Below the pieces are notes generated by a model. The model saw only the letters and a list, made by a program, of their open reading frames with translations, was not told the DNA's origin and did no database searches. 43,093 nucleotides of DNA, from positions 176,345,085 to 176,388,177 of the forward strand of contig NC_068982.1 in assembly GCF_001194135.2 (NCBI RefSeq). Direction: 5' to 3'. How positions within the stretch are numbered: the stretch's first letter is position 1; each line of letters begins with the position of its first letter. Source of the stretch: Octopus bimaculoides (Eukaryota). Positions 23,998 through 36,687 of the stretch are shown piece by piece. Made by a program: the position numbers and the translations under genes.

Positions 23998-24510
23998 CCA
24001 CCACAGATTTGCTTGTCAGTTGTTTGACCTTAACCAGTTGAGCATGTCCCTTGGTGGCTGACGATATGTGCATCTCTGATCATGAGCAGAGGTAGTGGGG
24101 GAGCATCAAGCCAATATTCTACTTAATACCACAGATTCGCTTGCCAGTTGCTTGACCTTAACCAGTTGAGCATGTCCCTTAGTGGCTGACGATATGTGCA
24201 TCTCTGATCACAAACAGAAGTAGAGAGTGTTGAGAAGAATTCTTTGGGGTTTGAATAATTCAGCTCTGGAAACATGGGTCTTTCATTCATCATCCATAAA
24301 CATCTCTTGTTCAGGGAGATTTTGTGCTGGATGGGCTCCACGACCTGACAACAATTCTAACTGAGCCCCACCTGCAAGTTCATACGCTGTTTATTTTGAT
24401 GAGATCATCATGTCGCGCACATATGGCTGAGTATACTTATCAGACGGGTTGTCTCCGTATATATATGTAACTCAGTGTCACTTTGATGGCATGCACTGTT
24501 TCCTCACTTA
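23998..24510 (+). mobile_element. Unclassified interspersed repeat with (GAT/AAT)n tail and an internal 95-bp duplication
   Basis: Sits between two AAT tracts (23943-23997 and 24510-24577); non-coding. Recalled as a common octopus repeat but not verified; strand inferred from the tail. Confidence 0.55.
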
Positions 24511-24531
24511 ATGATGATGATGATGATGATG

Positions 24532-24578
<47 letters not shown>

Positions 24579-25604
24579 CAGCCTATATATTATTACCCTC
24601 TAATATAATAATATCTTCGCTGTTGAATTGATTTCCCCCATAAGGTAGGATTGGTAACATTACATTACAATTGAAGCTTGAATTTGTGTTATGTCATATT
24701 TACTTAACACTAATTTAGTAATATATACATATACACAATGCACACTCTTACATCTATTGAACAAAGAATCTCAGAGACAGCTGTAAAGGACTACTTTGAA
24801 CGTTTTTCTCACTTCTCTGTGAATTTGTGTATCTTCATATCTATGGAGGGCCCTATGGGCAGCTATCTTACAGATTTCAGCTTAATTATATTTATATTCA
24901 TCATAATTTTATTTATAGACATATTTGAAGATCTAGTTTATATCTGCTTTCATGCTATTAACAATCGCCTATTCCTTTATTTTGTTTTATGTGTGTGTGT
25001 GTGTATGTGTGTGTATGTGATTTATATATTACGTATGGTTGTGTGTGTGTATTTATGCGTGTGTGTGTGTGTGCTTATGTTGTGCGTGATGTGTATCTTC
25101 CACCAACGTATATCGGAAAAAGATGTAGACATGGAGAGAAATTCGATGATCGCTTCTTTTTGGACGACGCTCTTCATTTGCGACATTCGTTCAACAATGA
25201 GTTACAGTGTCTCTTGTCACTCTTGCCGTAACAAAAACTAAATGAGGCAGTGATATAAGCAAACTGAAAACTCGTAACCAACCAATTATCCATGAATTGC
25301 GATATAAAGATAAATAAACGACGATATGAAAACCGAGTGGGGAAGATAGATTGCGTATCACTGACCTTTTCGTTTCTTTGTCTTTTATCTCCACCGCCTC
25401 TTCTAGCAGCCTTTAACATTTACCAATTAAGAGATAAAGACATTTGAGACGTAATACTTTAATTGAAATTAAGCAATGAGCATCGTACTGACTGTGCATT
25501 CAGTTACGATACTTCTTATGTTCTATCTTATCTATGTGTGTAAATATCTTTGCTGAAATTTGTCTGTCACTAGTGCATGTCTGTGCTCTCTTGGGTGTGG
25601 ATAT

Positions 25605-25892
25605 TATATATATATATATATNNNNNNNNNNNNNNNNNNNNNNNNNNNNNNNNNNNNNNNNNNNNNNNNNNNNNNNNNNNNNNNNNNNNNNNNNNNNNNN
25701 NNNNNNNNNNNNNNNNNNNNNNNNNNNNNNNNNNNNNNNNNNNNNNNNNNNNNNNNNNNNNNNNNNNNNNNNNNNNNNNNNNNNNNNNNNNNNNNNNNNN
25801 NNNNNNNNNNNNNNNNNNNNNNNNNNNNNNNNNNNNNNNNNNNNNNNNNNNNNNNNNNNNNNNNNNNNNNNNNNNNNNNNNNNNNNNNNNNN

Positions 25893-25924
<32 letters not shown>

Positions 25925-26070
25925 GTGTATGTATATATATATTATATTTCTCTATTTTCCTATCGACCAAAATGCGTGTGTGCTTGTGTGTGTATGTGCG
26001 TGTGTGTGTGTGTGTGTCTGTCTGTCTGTCTGTCTGTGTCTGTGTCTGTGTCTGTGTGCGCACGGGCGCG
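25605..26070. repeat. (TA)n-flanked gap (N 25622-25892) and GT/GTCT microsatellites
   Basis: Direct reading. Confidence 0.9.
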
Positions 26071-27299
26071 CGCGCGTGTTTCTGTGTGTGTATACTAGAT
26101 AAAAATATCTCACACATGTCATTAGCTTCGAAATATGATAGAAAGAGGAAATGCAAAATTTCTTTTGGAATTATATAATTCCAAAATATATTACTACACA
26201 CAAATTGTTTCGAAATACAATCCAAAGTACATTATTGCATGCGAGGAAGAAATGATAACGGTTCACTGACAACAAATGCCTGATGATCGCAATAGGAAAA
26301 TTTTCTCTGAGTGAATACTCATTTCGATATACAAGAACTCATAACCAGCATGCACTATTCCCGTTCTATACCAATATGTAAAAAAAAATAAAAAAAGAAA
26401 AGAATAAAACAAAAGTAAAATAACTGAAAAGAAACATTTTCATTTTATCTAGAATGTTAAGCCAGGTTTAAATCGATGATTGATTATGACAATTTCTTTT
26501 TATTGAATACAAACATCAGAGAAAAAAATATATATGTCTACTTCTCTTTGAATACTAAAAGGACATAACTTTGCATTTCATTTTACTTAATGAGTAACCG
26601 AGGTGTGATATATTATATATCTCTGCGATATACAACACAGTATCTTAACTGAAGGCTATCAGCAAGACATTACACTATCTGATAATAGAAATGTGACGTG
26701 AATGTAATAATGTACTTGGAAATAGATAATATATTCTGACGTGATTTGATTGTAATAATGTACTTTAACTTACTCAATTACAAAACATAAAAAATTATGT
26801 CCTTTCTTCACGATTATTTTTCTGCAAACGTACACACGGAAAACTCATACAACATACACACGCTCTCTTGCGCTTGGTTGTATATATGTATGTATGCATA
26901 TATATTGTGTGTATATTGTACGTTCTAATAATCTGAAACTTAATTTCCAGTTTTGCATATTTTTCATATAGGTTTGTAGCTGACCCAGAATGGTTAAACA
27001 TCCTCTTCATATTCATTTCTTAACTTTTTTTCTAATATAATGCTATTTTGGGGGCCATTGCTCTCATCAAATGGCCAAAGAATGTAAATCTTTGACAATC
27101 AATACTTCCACTATAAAGTCATTTCATTTGTAGTATTGATCTATTTGATTCTGTCACGTCTATGATAGTTTCAGTAATGTTTCCCAGTACTACGTTTTAC
27201 ATGAACCCTATTTTGTTACCGACCTATAGCATCCATTCATCATTATACGAGATGCTACGGGTATGTTTACAATATTTCACTAGTTCTTTCGGATTCGAA

Positions 27300-27670
27300 T
27301 GCTTTTCACAATTTTCCATAATCCATTACAAGTCATTTTCTGCGTCTCCTTTCAAGCGTGTACCCAAATGAAAAAGAAAAAAAAATAGGCATCTACTGTG
27401 TCCAATGTCAGATTAGTTTCTACTCAGCCTTTGCAGTTCTTTATCTTAGCTTTTCTAGCATCCTTCTCAGACTGTGTTCATTCCCACGAATAAGGTTTCG
27501 GCAACCGCAGATTGTTCACTGCTTGTCCTGCTAGATTAACACCTCCAGTCTCACCAAAATCTGTTTTGTACATGAAATTTCTGCTGTACATTTTGAAAAG
27601 CATAATGCAAAGTGTGCAACCTTGACCAAGACCTTCCTTATTGTAAACTATTTGGTATCTCAATTTTCTC
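27300..27670 (-). mobile_element. Highly decayed RTE-like LINE RT fragment
   Basis: GLGQGCTLCIMLFKMYSRNFM...GGVNLAGQAVNNLR resembles GVRQGC.LSP.LFN.Y...GV.I.G..INNLRYADD; downstream LRRMLEKLR...AK. Confidence 0.6.
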
Positions 27671-27829
27671 TCTTGTTTTAGCTTCTTATTCCGAATAAAA
27701 GTTTCGTATCATATAGGGCTAAATACTTTTATAAACCCATTTCCCATTTCCAAGAGCTGTGTTTATAGTGGTTGGTGATCTACGCGCTCAAAACGTATCT
27801 GTAATCACTGAAAAATATGTGTTGTTGTT

Positions 27830-28360
27830 GAGCGTATTCGAGCTTGTGTTAGGAGACTTTTCATAGATTTGTGCTGTCTCTTGCTTTTTATAATTGTGTG
27901 TGTTTGGAGGGTTAAGTTCATTTCTGTGGTACTTTTTTTAGCAGGGGAATGTTTTGAAGGATGGCATCGAAGGCTTCATTGTTAAGAGGGTTGTATGTGG
28001 AAATGTACGGTAGGGCTTTTTGTTCTAAGACCTTCTTTAATTTGGGATGTCTGAGGTCGTGGATGCTGAGTTGAAGGGCTCGTTGAAAGCATGTGTCAAT
28101 TAGTGCAGATGGGTAGTTCCTGGTGGTGAGAGTATCCTTTAATTCATGTAGTCGAGTGTCCCTGGTGCTTGCATTAGAAACTATAGTACATATCCTTTTT
28201 GCTAGGTTGAAGGGGATATTCAATCTGGTGTGTCTTGGGTGGCATGAATCGAACGGTCGGCATTGCTTTGAGTCTGTGGGTTTATAGTATATATATGTTT
28301 CTATTACGTTGATATATTTCTCAATAAAGATGTCGAGGAAGGGAAGTTGTTTGTTTTTCA
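27830..28360 (-). mobile_element. Penelope-like element RT C-terminus and linker
   Basis: ORF 27918-28388: QLPFLDI...IYYKPTDSKQCRPFDSCHPRHTRLNIPFNLAKRICTIV...LPYISTYNP; shifted frame IIKSKRQHKSMKSLLTQAR. Confidence 0.9.
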
Positions 28361-29146
28361 GAATCATAATCTTCGTATTTTTCCGCATATTTTGAAAAAA
28401 AAAAAAAAAAAAAAAAAAAAAACTTTCTGAAAAGTGTGAAAAATAAAGGAAATAGAGATGGTCATGTAGAAATGTCGATTTTTGCCAATGTTTTGCAGAT
28501 TCGTATTCCCCGTAGCCGAAAAGGGGGGTTTGTGTCGAAAAAAAAAATTAAGGGTGGTTTTTGGGGGGTAGAACGGGCGGAAGTCTTGCCCCAGTTTCTC
28601 TTGCTTAGATCATCCTCACTTGCAGACATCCGTAGCTTTCTGCGCCAGTGCAGTATCCGTTTAACTCGCTGCTTTCAAATTGATACGTCACTCGTCTGTC
28701 ATGGGGAATCTTTTCTGTCAAACTGAATTTTCAACTCAGAACTAGAAAGCGAGGAATGATTTGTTACTTTTCCAGCAACATCCTTCTGAGATTACTGAGT
28801 TAAACCAGACTACAGTATATACTTGAAGGAACATAGACTAAAGAATTTATAACAACCACGTTATTACTTCCCACCAGGCCAGCCCTGATGTAGCTAAACT
28901 ATTATCGAAGGTGTTCTAGGTTTGACATTACGATTTTATTCTTTACCGAGGAATAGAGCCTGTCGTGTCTAGATTGCTAGACACGTTAGAATATCAAACA
29001 ATATTTTACAGTACATTGTTAAGAGTCATTATACTCTAAGTTTAGATTCTGTCAAAATTGACTTTGCTTTTCATTCTTCTGGAGACGATTAAATACGCAG
29101 GAATTTCAACCATGTTTCGTGGTCTGCTACCACAACAGCTCCTTTA

Positions 29147-29562
29147 TAGGATCCAGTTAGCTCAAGACATCATCAGGAGGAACCACGTCCGGTTTCGGCC
29201 CCTACTCCTCTACCGTTTTGACGTGGCGGGGCCCCTCCTTTCGGAGGTGTCTTCAGCTCTGGTGTTGGGTGCATGTCTTCTTTCACTGTTTGTGACTGTT
29301 CTAATTCAACTGTGGAATGTCCCTCGCTATGGTTATTTTCCAGAAGGTTCTGGCCACACGTCTTACGGTTCATCAACCCTCGTTGTTGAATTACTTTCTT
29401 CTGACATACCTTCCCTTGGTGGATTAGGATTCAGTTAGCACAAGACATTATCAGGAGGAACCACGTCCGGTTTCGGCCCCTACTCCTCTACCGTTTTGAC
29501 GTGGCGGGGCCCCTCCTTTCGGAGGTGTCTTCAGCTCTGGTGTTGGGTGCATGTCTTCTTTC
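29147..29562. repeat. 138-bp direct repeat pair (29147-29284 and 29425-29562) with a 140-bp spacer
   Basis: Hand alignment: 3 mismatches, all in the first 25 bp; GC-rich compared with the flanks. Confidence 0.95.
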
Positions 29563-30030
29563 TTCTATTCCCTGGCCTCTTCGATGCAGCATTAACGAGT
29601 GTCAGCGTCATGCTGATGACGAAAATCGCGTTTCTCCCCCCACCCCCACCATCCAGAAATTATTAATAAAGAAGATAATTTTTAAATGCTAATAAAGAAG
29701 TTACTAACATTTAAAGTCATGCAACTTTAGCCAGTCGAGAGTCTCTATTTCACGGTATATTGTGTTGATGTTCACAAACTTTTACAAGCCCTCTCAACGT
29801 GCTAGAAACAACAGCTACATTTTTCTGAAACTACATCATAACATCTAAAACACACAAAAGACGAAAGATTGTGCCCCAGCACTGTTTATTTTCTCGCTTA
29901 AGGCAGGTTTAAGTGCTTTCTATATGTTGAATTTTATTCATAACATTTAACTTAAGGTCAGTTTCTAGGTATGTAAACTTTAATCGAATTCACGACCCTC
30001 GAAATACTTACTGTGTACCACAGCTCAAAA

Positions 30031-30648
30031 TTCTTTTCTACTTTAGGCACAAGGCCCAACATTTGGGGGGAGGGGGCCAGTCGATTAGATCGACCACATT
30101 ACGCAACTTAATTTATCGACCCCGAAAGGATAAATGGCAAAGTCGACCTCGGCGGAATTTGAACACGGAAAGTAGAGACTGACGAAACACATCTAAGCCT
30201 TTCACCCGGCATGCTAACGTTTCTTATTTCTTCATTGCCCACAAAGGACTAAACAAACGGATTAAGCCGATTACATCGACCCCAGTGCGTAACTGGTACT
30301 TAATTTATCGACTCCGAAAGGATGAAAGCAAAGTCGACCTCGGCAGAATTTGAATCCAGAACGTAACGGCAGACGAAATACCGCTAAGCACTTCACCCGG
30401 CGTGCTAACGTTTCTTATTTCTTTTACTGCTCACAAGGGGCTACACACAGAGAGGACAAACAAGGATATACAAACGGATTAAGTCGATTATATCGACCCC
30501 AGTGCGTAACTGGTACTTATTTAATCGACCCCGAAGGATGAAAGACAAAGTCGACCGCGACGGAATTTGAACTCAGAACGTAGCGGCAGACGAAATACTG
30601 GTAAACATTTCGCCCGGCGTGCTAACGTTTCTGCCAGCTCGCCGCCTT
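30031..30648 (-). mobile_element. Tandem trimer of the main SINE family
   Basis: Monomers 30031-30224, 30225-30415 and 30416-30648; both junctions read GCTAACGTTTCT|TATTTCTT; intact head only at 30648. Confidence 0.92.
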
Positions 30649-32466
30649 CACCACAGATCAATATTAAATATACTTTCTCTTTTCTTATGATAAAGTTGTA
30701 AACACAGTTACCTGTTTCAATTTCGTTTACAGTTTTCGTGGGCTGCGATTTCTATGAAAGATTTACATCCAAGGAGATTAACTTTAATTCAAATGTGAAT
30801 AACACACAAGTAGAAAGCACTTGGGCCTGTCTCGATGAGGGAGGGGAATAAACGGTACTGTGGTACAATGATTTGTCATTTGTGTTTTTTTAGACGTTAT
30901 GACATAGTTTAAGGAAAGTTTGCTGCTATTTCTAGTAAGTCAAGAGACCATGTAAACGTTTCCTGTGTGCTTATCGTCATGGCAATGTAGATAAATAAGC
31001 ATAAACGATAATAACTACAGACCTTTTTGATTGGCTACGATTTCAAAATTTTAAATGCGTGTAAATTCTTACAAGCATTTGATAATAATTTCTAGAAACA
31101 ATGAATGTGATTTTCGTCCACAGTATGCAAAACTACTCCAGAATTAGAATGATCCGGTGAAAATTTGAAAAAAATTAAAGTGGATGGAAGAAATTGAACA
31201 AGATCCACAAAACACACCCTATCAAGCTAAAATAGGATGCATTGAATGATGTTGCCCAATACGCTATCTGGAAGAGAATATACGATGGTCACGGTTGGTA
31301 GGCCTTTGATAATAAGTCTGCTTTATCAGACCTGAGCTAGGGAACTAAATAACACTGAAAATGATATGCACATACAGACATCTGCCATCTTTTTGTCATT
31401 CAATGTGTCTAAGAGCCCCGCCCTCGTTCTAAACAATTCAGTCGACTAACCCACTGCTCATATAACAACAAGAGGTGTAGATTGTTAGACAGAATTTCAA
31501 ATTGTAGGAATGTGACAGTTATTGTGTTGCTGGTCTTGTCTTTATTGATGATGACAACGACGACGATGATGATGATAGTTATGATAATGATACGGTTGAT
31601 GATGATGTTGATGATGGCAGCAGGACGATGGACAGAGCTGACAACCTAACGAAAGGAAGTTTGTGGACGGATACGCGGATGGACAATGCCGTATCTATGG
31701 CTGTATAAGTAACCGTGTATGTTCCTGTGTGTGTATGTACATGTATATATAATGAATATACACAAATACATGTATATATTACACATGCATACATCTATCT
31801 ATCTATATATGTGCATGCGTTTGTGAGAATGTATGCGTGTGTGTGCATGCGTGTTTATATAGAGGTGCGTGTGTCCATTTAATTATTGGCAAAAAAAAAA
31901 AGAGTTGTCATTCTGCAACATTTAGAAAATCAATTATGTCGGTCACATAATAGGAAAAACAAGTTTCCGGAACGAATTTCTTGTTGCCACTATTTCACTT
32001 ATCTTTTATTTTCTCTTTACTTTTCCGAATGTTTTCGATATTTTGTTGCTTTTCTTGCTATTATATATATAGCTTTCGTTTCTCCTAAATATATCCAGCG
32101 TTTCGGTCAATGAGCGATGTAATAACATGGCAATATCTAAGACAGACGTTCTCTGAATTTTTCAACGATATGTCAATCAAACCTGCCATTGTTGCTATTC
32201 CTTTTCCTAATAAAACTACAAAAGCATAAACGATGATGACGATGACGATGTTGATGATAACAACGATTCTGGACGGCAGAAATTGTAAGTACGATCTATA
32301 AAATACACTGTATATAATGCCAAATTTCTGCGTTCAAATCTCGTTGACATTGATAGATATTTTGTTAGTTAGCGGCTTGAGTTGATACAAATGTCTCGGT
32401 CCTTACATCACAAAACCTGCCTTAGGGACAAGAGAACCTTTTAAATATCAACAACAGTAATAACAA

Positions 32467-32813
32467 GTGAAGGCGCATGCTTAGTGGTGAGAGCGTCAGT
32501 ATAACAACCATGAGATAGTGAGTTCGATTCCTAGATGGGGCCTTATGTTGTGTTCTTGAGCAAGACACTTACTTTATTTTACGTTGCTCTAGTTCACTAA
32601 GCTGTAGAAATGAATTACCACATCACTACTGTCAAGCTTTATCGGGTTATACCGTTCCCTTAGATAAAATCGGTGGCGTAGAGAGGGGAGGCTAGTAAGT
32701 ATGGGCGACTGCTGGTCTTCCAAAAGTAACCTTGCCCAGACTTGTACCTCGCAAGGGAGCTTTCTATGTGCAATCCCATAGTCATTCATGACCAAAGGGG
32801 GCCTTTACCTTTA
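32467..32813 (+). mobile_element. tRNA-derived SINE with CORE-like segment
   Basis: A box GCTTAGTGG, B box GAGTTCGATTCC, then GTGTTCTTGAGCAAGACACTT. Confidence 0.8.
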
Positions 32814-33460
32814 TCGTAATAACAATAAAAATAATTTCATTCTTAATAATAACCTTCGATTTGGATAAACACATGTGTGCACAGACTAAGTGGCCCGGCA
32901 TAAATATTGTGTATAAATAGTCAATGTGGTTTTCGAAAAATATTGGAAAATTGACAAGAGCTGATTGATTAAATAAGAATAAATATAAAATTTCAAGAAA
33001 GAAACTTTCTCTTGTGAATATGGAGATTCAACTTAACAAGCAAGAATCTAATTACACCAAGCAAAAAAGGGTCAGATGAAAACAAAAGAAAAGATTTAAA
33101 AAAACTATAGAATATAGTTAAAGACAAAACTAGAATATCTTTGAAGTCATGTGGTTTCAAAACCAGTAAAAGTACTTGTTATTCTGAGTATTATGTAAAA
33201 TGCCATAAAGAAACATTTTAAATCTAAAGAAAGATTCACAGCTTTACACAACCCAAAACATAGCAAAGACTTTGAACTGAGTAACCCAACTGATACATAG
33301 TTTATGTTTTAAACAAAAGCCTACTAATAATATAAAGGCCTTCAAAATAAACAGTAACACTAAAACAGCAAAAGTCACTCTAACACAAAATACATATAAC
33401 ACATGAATATCTTCCTGGCTCAATAAAGTCAATGTTATACATGTCTTTTTTATTATTACG

Positions 33461-33544
33461 TTTTTATGCTAATTCTATAGTTTCACGAAGCTTAGCTTCA
33501 AGAGCGGCGAAAACTCGTGTGAAACTATAGAATTAGCATAAAAA
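33461..33544. repeat. Perfect 26-bp inverted repeat with 32-nt spacer
   Basis: TTTTTATGCTAATTCTATAGTTTCAC (33461-33486) and GTGAAACTATAGAATTAGCATAAAAA (33519-33544). Confidence 0.95.
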
Positions 33545-34519
33545 ATAATAATAAAGAATTCTAACAAGGGCACGAAACCACAAACATTCGGAGATCATTT
33601 AATGATTTCAATCTCCACACTATGTGAGTGGTACTTCCAATCCTAAAAAGTTAGACGCCCAATGAATTCCTACAGAATTTGATGCAAAGCGTGTAAATAT
33701 ACGCGCCTAAATATAATAAAGCATTTGTGTCTGACTTTCAACTAATTCAGAAAATAATATAAATTCTAATTTTGGAACAAGTTCACCCTCTAAGCCTTAA
33801 GTCACACATGTTAAGCTATATGTCAATATATTCCAGTTCTTAGACACTTAGATTGGTGAAAGCAAATTAATTACGGATCGATTAGCAGTTAAGTGACCTA
33901 TTCTTTTGTACTTCCGGCGTTCCCGATGTTTGCGGTGCTTAACTCCCTGCTTTAACCTTAATTTTCAATTTCAAAACATTTTCTGTGCTTAGTAGCAGAT
34001 AACAGCTTCCTGGAATCGTGCAGTCGACTTATTCGCCCAATTACGATGTTGGTTCGCATTCTGCTGACTCAGAAATGATGTACTTGTTGAGAGTATTGGA
34101 ATAGGAATGTAACCCTGTGAACCAAAACTGGAGCAATGAAGTTTTGTAGAATTTTGCTTTCAGAAACAGCACCTGCAACAGAATTAGTTAATTTCAAAAC
34201 TAATCTATTTTTACATGACACTGAAGTATATTTAATTACTGATTAATTCATCACTAATTTGACAAATACTTTCAGGGTTGTTTCGCTCATGGGAACTGAA
34301 TTATCTCAGAAACGTACATGACGCCGAACAATTTAAAATTCTATTAATCATTGACATATACTTTTTGATTACAATATAGTTATAGTAAATTTCTTAAGTT
34401 GTAGGCATTTAGTACACTAACTTACGTTTTAGTAATCATTGTTGATATATTGTTGATTTAAATTGTTAAAACTAATATAATGTATATTGATAAACAGTCA
34501 GCTTCATAAAAATTCTTAA

Positions 34520-34680
34520 GAAATCGATAAGGCGCCAGATGTAATAAAATAGCTTGCAGTACCGAGTACCAGCTCTTTACCTTTACTTTGTTTTCGTTCA
34601 AGTCCAGCTGAGCTCAGCCTTCCAAGACTATCCTTTCAGAGTTGATTAAAAGAAAGTATTTGTCAATTAAATCAGCAATA
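34520..34680 (+). mobile_element. Degenerate main-family SINE
   Basis: GTTCAAGTCCAGCTGAG...TATCCTTTCAGAGTTGATTAAAAGAAAGTA. Confidence 0.55.
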
Positions 34681-35734
34681 TTATTCTCACGTCACATGCG
34701 GAGGCCTTGACATAATTTATATTAAATCAGCATTTTAGTTGTCATTGGAACGAAAGAATAAGACAGGCGTCAGAGGAAGCCTTATAGCATAATACTTATA
34801 ATACTTTTCAATTCTCGATATTCTTAGACCAAATTCTATCAAAAACCAACTTTACAATTTTGTTTTGTCACATGTAATAAACTGTAACAAAGTAACTGGT
34901 ACTTTATGTAATAAACTACCAGTTATGTAATGTACTTCTCAAGTAAGTACGCAGTTGTAGCTTGTACCAATGTATTTGAGGAAGAGGACTTACAAAATCC
35001 GAGAGAGAGAAAGAGAGAGGTTAAACCTATTAACTCTAATGTTGCAGTTCCAAATCAAAGTTAAAGCTGCTCCCACAAACAACAATAAGAAATGAATGAA
35101 AGCCACGACATTTAATTTTGGATAATTAATAAAGCAGTGGTTTTGGGTTATCTCTCACATCAGCAGCAAACTGCATTTATGTTATAGCTAGTTATTTTGC
35201 TTTATTTCTTTTACAAGACCGCTGTATTATTTATTTAGTTATTCATTTATACTTATTCATGCAATTATGGTTTTGCTTTTACCATTTTATTTGTCTCTAT
35301 AATGTCTAAGAATTCCCATGTAATTTCTGTCACAGTGACAAACTGGATTACGACAAAAGCACCATCAACCTGACTTTCATTCCTTTTCCCCCATTCTTTT
35401 CCTATTATCCCATTCATTCATTTACACATTTTCTCTAAAACACATCTTATCACTTACACAATAGCATTCAGTCCCTCAATCAAGAACTTCCGTCCAAAAT
35501 ATGCATACTTACGTTCACGCACACTTGCGCATGCGCTACACAAAAGCAAAAACAAACGTGGGTGTACAAATTATTATAACCCACAATTCCCCTTACCACA
35601 TATGATTCTCATGCTTGCTGTAATATCCTACCTTGGTGGACACATTACTGTCTTACCCAATTTAGATACGTGTCGGCCGACCAGCAACCGACAACCCAAT
35701 CCGTGTATGAATATATATACATAGATACTTCCAA

Positions 35735-35952
35735 ACACACGCACATACACACATACATATACATACATACATACATACATATATAGACACACACACACAC
35801 ACACACACACATATATGTATGTATCTGTATGTTTATATATCTGTGTGTGTGCTTGTGTCTACATATGTAATATATGTATGCATATATGTATACATACATA
35901 TATATACAGGTATACAGATTATAATTATATATATATTTATATATATGTATAC

Positions 35953-35996
<44 letters not shown>

Positions 35997-36618
35997 NNNN
36001 NNNNNNNNNNNNNNNNNNNNNNNNNNNNNNNNNNNNNNNNNNNNNNNNNNNNNNNNNNNNNNNNNNNNNNNNNNNNNNNNNNNNNNNNNNNNNNNNNNNN
36101 NNNNNNNNNNNNNNNNNNNNNNNNNNNNNNNNNNNNNNNNNNNNNNNNNNNNNNNNNNNNNNNNNNNNNNNNNNNNNNNNNNNNNNNNNNNNNNNNNNNN
36201 NNNNNNNNNNNNNNNNNNNNNNNNNNNNNNNNNNNNNNNNNNNNNNNNNNNNNNNNNNNNNNNNNNNNNNNNNNNNNNNNNNNNNNNNNNNNNNNNNNNN
36301 NNNNNNNNNNNNNNNNNNNNNNNNNNNNNNNNNNNNNNNNNNNNNNNNNNNNNNNNNNNNNNNNNNNNNNNNNNNNNNNNNNNNNNNNNNNNNNNNNNNN
36401 NNNNNNNNNNNNNNNNNNNNNNNNNNNNNNNNNNNNNNNNNNNNNNNNNNNNNNNNNNNNNNNNNNNNNNNNNNNNNNNNNNNNNNNNNNNNNNNNNNNN
36501 NNNNNNNNNNNNNNNNNNNNNNNNNNNNNNNNNNNNNNNNNNNNNNNNNNNNNNNNNNNNNNNNNNNNNNNNNNNNNNNNNNNNNNNNNNNNNNNNNNNN
36601 NNNNNNNNNNNNNNNNNN

Positions 36619-36665
<47 letters not shown>

Positions 36666-36667
36666 TT
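35735..36667. repeat. CA/CATA/TA microsatellite block around gap N 35997-36618
   Basis: Direct reading. Confidence 0.95.
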
Positions 36668-36687
36668 AACTTTCAGCTCAAAGTTGC

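Noticed and set aside
25090-25231. PPTYIGKRC resembling an EGF-domain end (plus) and VQKEAIIEFL resembling a mariner N-terminus (minus)
   Set aside because: Required upstream cysteines and further mariner motifs are absent; adjacent to GT microsatellite.
28360-28560. Poly-A tract and possible DNA transposon piece beside the Penelope fragment
   Set aside because: No TIR, TSD or ORF identifiable; left unclassified.
29180-29262. HDV-like ribozyme interpretation of the crossing helices
   Set aside because: No P3/L3, no P1.1 GG and no J4/2 catalytic motif in the required order on either strand.
33910-33917. ETS-type ACTTCCGG motif as a possible promoter
   Set aside because: A single 8-mer with no linked gene or CpG-rich context.
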